Positions 1 through 8,704 of a DNA stretch of 64,000 nucleotides are shown here, piece by piece (positions within the stretch are counted from its first letter, which is position 1; every line of letters starts with the position of its first letter). The position numbers were made by a program, and so were the translations under genes. The notes beneath the pieces are model-generated. The model had not been told where the DNA came from, ran no database searches, and saw nothing but the letters and a program-made list of their open reading frames with translations. Location of the stretch: contig OY762463.1 of the NCBI GenBank assembly GCA_963665815.1, positions 640,001 to 704,000 of the forward strand, written 5' to 3'. This DNA comes from Candidatus Cloacimonadales bacterium (GTDB lineage: Bacteria > Cloacimonadota > Cloacimonadia > Cloacimonadales > JAIOQZ01).

Positions 1-1
1 T

Positions 2-928
2 TCTGAGCAGCTCGGAATAGAATATATTTCTCTTAACTCTGGAGTTATGCATGCTTGTGGTCATGATGGACACTCTACGATTATGGCTGGTCTGGCAGTA
101 AAAATAAGCAATAATCCACCCGATACAGGTAAAGCAGTATTACTTTTTCAACCAGCCGAAGAAACAGGAGAAGGAGCTGAACGGGTTGTAACAAATTCTA
201 AGTTCAGTCGTATTGAACCGGATTATGTCTTTGGTCTTCATAATATACCCGGCTATCCTCTGCATAGCATTCTTGTAAAAGACAACAGTTTTGCCTGTGC
301 TTCCAGGGGAATGACAATAAAACTAATTGGGAAAACATCTCACGCTGCAGAACCTGAGAATGGAGTTAATCCTGTATTTGCCATCAAAGAACTGATTGAC
401 AAGTTCTATGCACTCATTGCTGAAAAGGATACTTTTTCTGCATTTACTAATCTTACAATCATTCACATCAGACTTGGTGAGATTGCCTTTGGTACTTCTC
501 CGGGATATGCTGAAGTAATGGCAACATTGCGTTCAGAAACAAATGATGATATGGATTTACTTGTTAGTAATTGCGAGAATATACTTCAGAAAGTTGCCAA
601 AAAAGAAAAACTGCAATTTGATATATCTTATTCAGAAATTTTCCCGGCAACAATCAATGATAAAGAAGCTTCTGATATGATAAGAGATGCTTCTTCCGAG
701 CTTAATCTTTATATTACTGAACTTAAAAATGCATTCAGATGGTCAGAAGACTTTTCTCAATACACAAGCAGATTTAAAGGAGCATTTTTCGGACTGGGTG
801 CCGGATCTGATCATCCAATGCTGCACAATCCTGATTATGACTTTCCCGATGAGATCATAGAAACAGGAATTAACACGTTTTACAAAATATACACTAAACT
901 TATGAAAAAAAATAAAAGGATTTTATGA
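2..928 (+). CDS. M20D family amidohydrolase, 5'-truncated by the window edge
   Basis: MHACGHDGH, FQPAEE, GLHN, SEDF and LHNPDYDF motifs; the frame is open from position 2. Confidence 0.9.
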   Translation, partial: SEQLGIEYISLNSGVMHACGHDGHSTIMAGLAVKISNNPPDTGKAVLLFQPAEETGEGAERVVTNSKFSRIEPDYVFGLHNIPGYPLHSILVKDNSFACASRGMTIKLIGKTSHAAEPENGVNPVFAIKELIDKFYALIAEKDTFSAFTNLTIIHIRLGEIAFGTSPGYAEVMATLRSETNDDMDLLVSNCENILQKVAKKEKLQFDISYSEIFPATINDKEASDMIRDASSELNLYITELKNAFRWSEDFSQYTSRFKGAFFGLGAGSDHPMLHNPDYDFPDEIIETGINTFYKIYTKLMKKNKRIL

Positions 929-2082
929 GCTGTTCAACTGAAATTTTTCTTAGCAAAAAAGCAATTATAAACAATATCCGTTTTCTACAGAAAACTTTCG
1001 GAGAAAAAGTGAGAATATCATCCGTCGTTAAAGCTAATGCATATGGTCACGGAATAGAACACTTTGTACCTGCAGTTGAAGAATGCGGTGTGAATCATTT
1101 TTCCACTTTCAGTTATCATGAAGCTCTGAGGGTTAGAAATGTCGTTAAGGATTCAACAGACATTATGATAATGGGTTGGATTGATATTGAAGACCTGGAA
1201 AATGCTATTAAAAATGGATTTGAGTTTTTTGTCTTTGAGCTGGTCATTATCAAAAATGCTGTGAAATTTGCAAAGGACCTTAACACAAAAGCTAAAATCC
1301 ACATTGAAATTGAAACAGGCTTGAATAGAACAGGCTTATCAAATAGTGATTTCATTCAGGTCATGGAACTTATTAATGACAATAAAGACTGTTTCGAGGT
1401 AAAAGGAGTTTGTTCACATCTTGCAGGTGCGGAAAGTATTGCAAACCATGTAAGGGTAGAGTCTCAGATAAACAAGTTCAAACTATACAGGGAAATACTT
1501 CATTCAAACGGTATCAAACCAGAATATTCTCATATAGGATGCTCAGCCGGAGCAATGAGCTATCCGCATTCCAGATTCAACATGGTGCGAATTGGCATAA
1601 TGCAATATGGATTCTGGTCGAGTATGGAAACATTCATCAGGTATAAATCCAGCAATGGCGACATGAATGATCCATTAGAGCGAGTTATCTGCTGGAAATC
1701 TAAAGTAATGAGTATTAAGAAAGTAACAACAGGTGAATTCATCAGTTACGGGACAACCTACCTTGCATCTGAAGATAAAACACTGGCAATTGTTCCTGTT
1801 GGATATTCTAACGGATACAGTAGATCGCTCAGTAATAACGGACGTGTATTAATCAACGGTACCAGATGCGGAGTAATAGGTCTGGTTAATATGAATATGA
1901 TTATTGCTGATATTACAGCACTGCCGGACAATCAGGTTCAGATTGGTGATGAAGTTGTAATTGTTGGTGAACAGGATGATTTGGAAATATCAGTTGATTC
2001 CTTTAGCGAAATCAGTCAGCAGGTGAATTACGAGATTCTTTCACGTATTCCAAAAGAAATTCCAAGATATATTATAGATTAA
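925..2082 (+). CDS. alr: Alanine racemase
   Basis: PLP-lysine motif VVKANAYGHG, IETGLNRTG, VRIGI, ISYG, PVGYSNG, NYEIL; ATGA overlap with the upstream stop. Confidence 0.93.
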   Translation: MSCSTEIFLSKKAIINNIRFLQKTFGEKVRISSVVKANAYGHGIEHFVPAVEECGVNHFSTFSYHEALRVRNVVKDSTDIMIMGWIDIEDLENAIKNGFEFFVFELVIIKNAVKFAKDLNTKAKIHIEIETGLNRTGLSNSDFIQVMELINDNKDCFEVKGVCSHLAGAESIANHVRVESQINKFKLYREILHSNGIKPEYSHIGCSAGAMSYPHSRFNMVRIGIMQYGFWSSMETFIRYKSSNGDMNDPLERVICWKSKVMSIKKVTTGEFISYGTTYLASEDKTLAIVPVGYSNGYSRSLSNNGRVLINGTRCGVIGLVNMNMIIADITALPDNQVQIGDEVVIVGEQDDLEISVDSFSEISQQVNYEILSRIPKEIPRYIID

Positions 2083-2220
2083 TATTTCAATACATACGTT
2101 CATGTATAAACCATCTTCAATATTTGATATCAGAACATGAATCAATTTTAGCTTATATAATCATTGACACACCTGAGCACCATTCTTTAATTAAGAATAA
2201 AATTTTAAGAGGAGCCGGTG

Positions 2221-3960
2221 ATGAAATTTTTTGTATTTTCTTTAATGTTAGTGTTATCTTTCTGTCTTTGTGCAGAAACTTTGATAAATCTCAATTTCGA
2301 AAACAGTTTTGAAAACTGGACTGTAGTTGACAATGATGAAGATGGTAAGCAATGGGAACGATCAGATGATGCTGATGCTGTACATAATGGTGCCTGGGGG
2401 GCACAGATAGAATATAACAGAGAGCAAAACGATGACTGGCTTCTCAGCCCTCAGCTTAGCATTCCCTATAACAGAACTCTTGAATTAAAATTGTGGGCTA
2501 AATCTTCATCCAATAATTTACCTGAATCGTTCAAAGTTAAAATATCCACAGCATCCAGCGATATAGCAGACTTCACCGATTATATTGCTGGAGTATCAGC
2601 TGTTCCGAATGTATGGACTGAATACGTTTATGATCTGACTGATTATCAGGGAAATGTATTTTATATTGGTATACAGTGTGATTCTGAGGATCAGGCTTTT
2701 CTTTACATTGATGATATAACTCTGACTATGGAAGATGGTCCCGGGGTTGATGGGTGGCTGTTATCCAACAATTATGATATTGGAATGGATTTTAACTCAA
2801 TCTATTTCCCTACTGAAACAATCGGATATGCCTGTGGCCTTGCTGGTACAACAACAAGTGCCTACAAATCTACTGATGGTGGAGCTCATTGGACAGGACT
2901 TGATGTAAACACAACTAATTCCACAAATCGTTACTTGAGAGATGTATACTTTAAAACGGATTTAACAGGTTTCTTTTTTGGAGGGCTTGGTGGAGATGCA
3001 GTTATCATTAAGACAGAAGATGGTGGTACCACATGGAACGAAGTGACTAACAATGCAGAAGGATATGTCAACTCAGTCGATTTTCTTGATGATAATCACG
3101 GAATTGCCTGTCTAAATACTGGCAAGATACTGGAAACAACAGATGGAGGAAGTACCTGGACTCAGAGAGATATCGGAAATCTGGTACACCTTAATGTTGT
3201 TCAGTTTGTAGATAATCTGGTTGGCTACATGGGTGGAAGACTTTCGACAGTTCTTAAAACGACTGACGGTGGTCAAAACTGGACTAATCTTGATATAGGA
3301 GCGGACAATTATGATATTCATGATCTTCATTTTATCACGTCCGATTACGGTTATGTAATTACCGGAACAAGTCTTTACTTCACAGATGACGGTGGAGTAA
3401 CCTGGAATGAACGTGTTGTTACAGGTAATACTCAGGATTTAAGAGCTATTGAGTTTGCCGATGCCAGCAATGGCTGGTTAGCAGGTAACAACGGAACAAT
3501 ATACAAAACAGGGAATGGTGGACTGACATGGTATTCTCAGCCCAGTGGAACTCTCAGTAATCTTCTCGACATTTACTGCTATGATTTTGAAAAAGACTGG
3601 ATTGCAGGAGCAGAAGGTATTGTTCTTTATTCTGTTACAGGTGGTGGAGTAGATAACGATGAGAATACTGTTGAAAGAGTAACTGATATGGAGGCGTCCA
3701 ACTATCCCAATCCGTTCAATCCAAGAACAACAATTAGTTTTTCAATCAAAGATGCGAATATAGCAAATGTTGCCATATATAATATTAAGGGTCAAAAGGT
3801 ATTCTCTTTCGACAATGTGAAAATGAACACTAATTCCGGTCAGGTTGTCTGGAACGGTATAGACAGAAGTGGAAAAGTTGTTGGAACAGGTGTTTATTTT
3901 TACAAAATAACAACAGATAATCAAGCTATTCTCACAAAAAAAATGGTGCTGATTAAATAG
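2221..3960 (+). CDS. Exported protein: cleaved-adhesin/choice-of-anchor J-like domain, YCF48/BNR beta-propeller, and FlgD-Ig/T9SS-type C-terminal domain
   Basis: Signal peptide; DDWLLSPQL...YIDDI domain; repeated (K/E/F)TxDGGxTW Asp-boxes; NYPNPFNPRTTISF...GVYFYK C-terminus; RBS GAGGAG. Confidence 0.8.
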   Translation: MKFFVFSLMLVLSFCLCAETLINLNFENSFENWTVVDNDEDGKQWERSDDADAVHNGAWGAQIEYNREQNDDWLLSPQLSIPYNRTLELKLWAKSSSNNLPESFKVKISTASSDIADFTDYIAGVSAVPNVWTEYVYDLTDYQGNVFYIGIQCDSEDQAFLYIDDITLTMEDGPGVDGWLLSNNYDIGMDFNSIYFPTETIGYACGLAGTTTSAYKSTDGGAHWTGLDVNTTNSTNRYLRDVYFKTDLTGFFFGGLGGDAVIIKTEDGGTTWNEVTNNAEGYVNSVDFLDDNHGIACLNTGKILETTDGGSTWTQRDIGNLVHLNVVQFVDNLVGYMGGRLSTVLKTTDGGQNWTNLDIGADNYDIHDLHFITSDYGYVITGTSLYFTDDGGVTWNERVVTGNTQDLRAIEFADASNGWLAGNNGTIYKTGNGGLTWYSQPSGTLSNLLDIYCYDFEKDWIAGAEGIVLYSVTGGGVDNDENTVERVTDMEASNYPNPFNPRTTISFSIKDANIANVAIYNIKGQKVFSFDNVKMNTNSGQVVWNGIDRSGKVVGTGVYFYKITTDNQAILTKKMVLIK

Positions 3961-4108
3961 TATCATGCCGTTTTTCCAGAGATAACTGAATAGTATTATA
4001 AATAATTCATATCAAAATTTGCTATTTATAAAAATTTAGATAATATTTATTGCTGGACTGATTTCAATTAGAATAACCCAGTAAATAATAGAAAGGTAGA
4101 AATAAACA

Positions 4109-4783
4109 ATGAATGGAAAACTCATAATTGTAATAGGAGCTTATGGAAGCGGAAAAAGTGAGTATGCAATAAATCTGGCTTATAATATGAATAAAAATCA
4201 CGATAATGTCGTACTTGTAGATATGGATGTTGTTAATCCTTACTTCAGATCAAGAGATGTAACCGAAGCTTTCACAGATCAAGGAATTGATGTTATCAGC
4301 CCGGAAGGAGAATACAGATTTGCTGACCTTCCCATGATTTCCCCTAGAATTCGGGGTGCAATTGTCAACAAAGAAAAGAACGTCATCCTTGATGTTGGCG
4401 GAGATCCTGCCGGCTGTAGAACTCTTGGTAGATTCGTTAAGGAGATTAAAAACAGAGGATACGAAATGCATCATGTTGTAAACACAAACAGACCATTCAC
4501 ATCTGATGTTAAAGGCGTAATAGACATGAAGTTCATGCTTGAGAATACATCTCAACTGAAGATTACGGAATACGTGTCAAATGCAAATCTGATGGAACTG
4601 ACTGATATTGAAGTCATTACATCAGGTATAAATATACTTTCGGAAGTATCAGAGAAGACAGGTGTTGCATTCAGTAATTTCCTTGTCCTCGATAAGCTCG
4701 ATAGAAATATTCCTTCAGAAATAAACGGTAAAAAGAAAATGATTCTTGATTATTATCTGAAAAAACCCTGGGAATTGAAATAG
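4109..4783 (+). CDS. P-loop NTPase (MinD/ParA/CobQ-like nucleotide-binding family)
   Basis: Walker A GAYGSGKSE, DMDVVNPYFRSRD, ILDVGGD. Confidence 0.8.
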   Translation: MNGKLIIVIGAYGSGKSEYAINLAYNMNKNHDNVVLVDMDVVNPYFRSRDVTEAFTDQGIDVISPEGEYRFADLPMISPRIRGAIVNKEKNVILDVGGDPAGCRTLGRFVKEIKNRGYEMHHVVNTNRPFTSDVKGVIDMKFMLENTSQLKITEYVSNANLMELTDIEVITSGINILSEVSEKTGVAFSNFLVLDKLDRNIPSEINGKKKMILDYYLKKPWELK

Positions 4784-4815
4784 TTTTTTAATATAAGGAG
4801 ACTTTAATATAGTCG

Positions 4816-7809
4816 ATGTCTGGAACTCAGCGATGGAACAACAAAGGAGATATTCCGGAACAGAATAATAACACAAAATCTGATTCCGAAGTTTCTCTTT
4901 TTGCTGAGAATGACCAGATTATTGATTTTCGCTATAGTGTTGTCAGCTCAATTGGTTCTGGAAATTTCGCCGAAGTCTTCCGAGTTCGCGACCTGAATGA
5001 CAAATCTGAAAAAGCCCTGAAGCTGTTCTACAATACAGGAATTCTTCATCCGGAGCAAGTTCAGGAGGAGATCAAATTACTTAGATCTCTCAAACACGAT
5101 AATATTCCCAAAGTCAATGACTTCAACATAAGAGCAGAAAAACCTTATATTGTAACTAATCTTATAAAAGGAAAAACACTTTCGGACAAGTTAACTCAAT
5201 ATGACCTGTCAGATAAGAATAAGACAAAAATTTTTGTCAGCCTGCTAAAAACCCTCATATATGTTCATAACATGAATATCCTTCACTGCGATATAAATCC
5301 TGATAACATTCTTGTAAAAAATGATAACTCTATAGGACTAATAGATTTCAGCAGTGCAAGAAACAAACAGTCTATAGACTACAGCAGAAAAGAAGGAACC
5401 TTTGAGTACACAGCACCGGAGGTTCTGGAAAGCAATAAACTTTCCGACTCAAGTGATATCTTTTCATTCGGAGTAACCTGCTTTAGACTATTTCATGGGA
5501 AACATCCCTTCAAACTCAATACTGTCAGTGTTGACTATACTATGCCATTAGAGATAAGGAACTCCGACAGTAAAATAGATAAAATCCTGAAGAAATGCCT
5601 CTATCTGAAACCTGAAGATCGCTATAAATGTTTCCCGGATATACTAAAAGACTTTGAGGCAAGTCCAGCAGAAGATGAAGCTGTCAGGTCTGAGATTCCT
5701 CAAAAATTTACACCGGTAAAACAAGAAGAAGAATCTGATAATACGAAATATTATATATATACAATAGCAATTCTTATAATGCTTAATCTGCTATTACTGA
5801 AACCATTTGTAGAATCAATGGAAATACTGGTTAACCCGGTCAGAAAAATACAGTTCAGTGCAGAAGGTTATTCTGTTGAAGTCAATAACCAGAATCAATC
5901 CCAAAGTGATGGAACAGTCTCTGTAAAACCAGGTGATTTGATAACACTTATGAGAAAAAACGGAGATAAGCTGAAAAAGTTCAGTTTCATCTATGATAAT
6001 CAGGACTCACTGATGTTCAACATCAATAACAGCAGGATTGTATTAAATAACAGATTGTTCGGTGCTGCAATAAACCGTGAAGAAGACCTTGATTCACTTA
6101 ACAATCTCTCAGTGTATGAGTTTCATATACCGCTGACAAACCTCATTGTGAACCGTCTCAAAAGCAGACAGATAAGCATATCGATAAAAGACTCTCTTGC
6201 AGCAGACAGTCTGTCTGAAAATATTATTGTGATGCAGTTAAATGATATGACAATAAGTTGTCCAGTTCTCAAAAAGCTGAAGCGTGTTAGGGCTATATCC
6301 CTCAACAATACTATTGTATGTTCCGGGGCTGATTCAATAAATTCAGAATTTTCTGACAGTTTGAAATTTCTGAGCATTAACAACAGCAGAATCTCTAATA
6401 AGTCGTTATTTAATTCTCTAAATAATCTGGAATACTTCAATATCAATAACAGTATTCTACCATATATTGATCTGAGAAATGCAAAGAACCTTAAGAACTT
6501 GAACCTTGGAGACAAAAGTCAGGGCTACACAATCCATTATCCGGAAAAAACCAGCCAGACATTCAGTAATGACTCTACCGGAAATTCAAAAAGACTGAGA
6601 AAAGAACGTATTATTGAGCAATATGCAGGTTTAAAAGAGAAATTGATTATCTTTGTATTTGTAATATCACTCCTTATAATAGTCTACTATGCATTCAAAT
6701 TAATAAAAATCTTACTTGAACAGAGAAAGTATCTGATAAAAAAGAAGAATAAACCTGAACATATTCCTACAAATACTTCTGATGTTGAGCCTGATTCTGA
6801 AGATGTAAATCCTGAGCTGAAAGAACCAGAAGAAAATGTTTTTGATAATGAGAAGAAAGCTGATGTTGAACCGGAATCTGAACCTCAGCATGTTGAAACA
6901 ATCTCCAGAGACGAGTTCAAGCAGCTAAAAAAGAAGATTGCAGTATATAGAAAACACAATGAGTTCGAACCAATCTACCATATAGCAAAGAAATTGCAGA
7001 CAAGAGATTCTTCTGCAAAATGGATTAAGCTTGAAAAAGAAATGCTTAAGAAGCTGAGTCGCAATAACGCTCTAAGCTTTATAGAAGTAAAAGGCGGTAG
7101 CTTCAAAATTGGTGATTTTATGGATAAATCCCTTAGTATAGCCTTACCGGTCAAAGATATAATGATATCTACTTTCTACATGAGTGATGTCCCTGTTACT
7201 AATCAGCAATTCTGTGATTTCCTTAATGCAATGGGTCAACATAAATCGGGCAGATATAACTGGCTGAACTTGAACAGCCGTTACTGCCTCATAGAGAAAA
7301 CGGATCGTTACCAGCCGAAACTGCCCTATGGAGACTTTCCTGTAATAGAAGTTACCTGGTACGGAGCTAAAGCCTATTGTGACTGGTGTGACTGTAGACT
7401 GCCCACTGAAGCAGAATGGGAGTTTGCTGCAAGAGACAGAGGTCTTCCCCATCCTTTCAGTTTTTATGGAAAAGTTGATAGAAATAAAGCGAATTATCTG
7501 GTTGACCAGAATGATAACCGGTGGCACTCGTTAGTTCCAGTGAAATCATTTAAACCCAATAAACTGGGATTGTATGAGATGTCAGGAAATATTCTTGAGT
7601 GGTGTCTCGACTATTATGATGCTGAATACTACCAGACAATACCCAAGGTTAATCCTCTATACAATGGTACAACCGGAATGCGTTCTGTTCGCGGTGGAGC
7701 TTGGTGCTTTGAAGCAAGAAAAATGATGACGTATTACAGAGGTGGACTTAATCCTGCATCAAACAATAACTTTACGGGATTCCGTATAGTAAAGAAAGGA
7801 ACCGAATGA
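4816..7809 (+). CDS. Ser/Thr kinase - TM - LRR-like ectodomain - TM - FGE-sulfatase (SUMF1) domain protein
   Basis: IGSGNFAEV, ALK, HCDINPDN, DFS, APE; two hydrophobic segments; LxxLxLxxN-like repeats; RLPTEAEWEFAAR, LYEMSGNILEWC, RGGAW, GFRIV. Confidence 0.85.
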   Translation: MSGTQRWNNKGDIPEQNNNTKSDSEVSLFAENDQIIDFRYSVVSSIGSGNFAEVFRVRDLNDKSEKALKLFYNTGILHPEQVQEEIKLLRSLKHDNIPKVNDFNIRAEKPYIVTNLIKGKTLSDKLTQYDLSDKNKTKIFVSLLKTLIYVHNMNILHCDINPDNILVKNDNSIGLIDFSSARNKQSIDYSRKEGTFEYTAPEVLESNKLSDSSDIFSFGVTCFRLFHGKHPFKLNTVSVDYTMPLEIRNSDSKIDKILKKCLYLKPEDRYKCFPDILKDFEASPAEDEAVRSEIPQKFTPVKQEEESDNTKYYIYTIAILIMLNLLLLKPFVESMEILVNPVRKIQFSAEGYSVEVNNQNQSQSDGTVSVKPGDLITLMRKNGDKLKKFSFIYDNQDSLMFNINNSRIVLNNRLFGAAINREEDLDSLNNLSVYEFHIPLTNLIVNRLKSRQISISIKDSLAADSLSENIIVMQLNDMTISCPVLKKLKRVRAISLNNTIVCSGADSINSEFSDSLKFLSINNSRISNKSLFNSLNNLEYFNINNSILPYIDLRNAKNLKNLNLGDKSQGYTIHYPEKTSQTFSNDSTGNSKRLRKERIIEQYAGLKEKLIIFVFVISLLIIVYYAFKLIKILLEQRKYLIKKKNKPEHIPTNTSDVEPDSEDVNPELKEPEENVFDNEKKADVEPESEPQHVETISRDEFKQLKKKIAVYRKHNEFEPIYHIAKKLQTRDSSAKWIKLEKEMLKKLSRNNALSFIEVKGGSFKIGDFMDKSLSIALPVKDIMISTFYMSDVPVTNQQFCDFLNAMGQHKSGRYNWLNLNSRYCLIEKTDRYQPKLPYGDFPVIEVTWYGAKAYCDWCDCRLPTEAEWEFAARDRGLPHPFSFYGKVDRNKANYLVDQNDNRWHSLVPVKSFKPNKLGLYEMSGNILEWCLDYYDAEYYQTIPKVNPLYNGTTGMRSVRGGAWCFEARKMMTYYRGGLNPASNNNFTGFRIVKKGTE

Positions 7810-8441
7810 AAAAAGTAATTACTGAAGATAAATCTATTACATTCTACAATGAAGAGTTTGACGAAACTTATCACTCGACAACAGGAGCTGTAGAAGAAGC
7901 TTATGAGAAATATGTAAAACCGCTCAATGTATCTGATGGGATGACAATACTGGACTTCTGTTATGGGTTAGGCTATAATTCTGCAGCAGCTATGTCCTCA
8001 TGCAGCAATCTCAACATCACTGCTCTGGAGGTTGACGAGGATATTATCAGTAAATCATTCACTATAAACATTCCTGAGAAACTGGAAGAGACATATAAAT
8101 ATCTACGTCAACTTATGGGAAAAAATCCTGTTAGTGACGCAAAAGGTAATGTCATCCATTTAATTATCGATGATGCATTGAAAGTAATGTATGAGCTACT
8201 CCCAAATATGTTTGATCGTGTTTTTTTTGATCCTTTTTCCCCACAGAAGCATCCTGATATGTGGACAGAAGATGTTTTCAAGGAAATGATCAGGATTATG
8301 AAGCCAGGAGGAAAACTGGCAACTTACAGTTGTTCAAAGAGAGTCCGCAGAGCAATGTCAGCAGCGGGATTTGATGTTAAAGATGGTCCGTGCATTGGCA
8401 GAAGAAGTCCATCCACAATAGCTGTTAAACCGTCGATATAA
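7806..8441 (+). CDS. MnmC-like (MnmD-type) tRNA mnm5s2U34 SAM-dependent methyltransferase
   Basis: FDETYHSTTGAVEEA, DFCYGLGYN, FFDPFSP..HPDMW, LATYS, AGFDV. Confidence 0.8.
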   Translation: MKKVITEDKSITFYNEEFDETYHSTTGAVEEAYEKYVKPLNVSDGMTILDFCYGLGYNSAAAMSSCSNLNITALEVDEDIISKSFTINIPEKLEETYKYLRQLMGKNPVSDAKGNVIHLIIDDALKVMYELLPNMFDRVFFDPFSPQKHPDMWTEDVFKEMIRIMKPGGKLATYSCSKRVRRAMSAAGFDVKDGPCIGRRSPSTIAVKPSI

Positions 8442-8603
8442 CTGTATAATCTTTTGCATGGTAATTTAGCAACGGGTTTATATAAATTATTTGTGGAAAT
8501 CATAATCATTATTTCCTAAAGCCTGAAACATGATTGAAAAGAGTTAAAGATCTATATTATTGTAGAACAATTATATAGTATTATGCAATTACAATTAAGT
8601 AAA

Positions 8604-8632
8604 AACAGACTGTCAGTAATTAACAGTCTGTT
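8604..8632. terminator. Hairpin between convergent genes
   Basis: AACAGACTGT-N9-ACAGTCTGTT perfect 10-bp inverted repeat. Confidence 0.5.
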
Positions 8633-8704
8633 CATTGTGGTATTTATTAGAGATCTCTGCATATTTGAGCACATATTTTTACTTCTATACAAAGCACTCT
8701 TCAT

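Noticed and set aside
7670-7809. FGE/CLec C-terminus as a diversity-generating retroelement variable region
   Set aside because: I saw no template repeat with adenine-specific mismatches and no reverse transcriptase in the window; a remote DGR cannot be excluded
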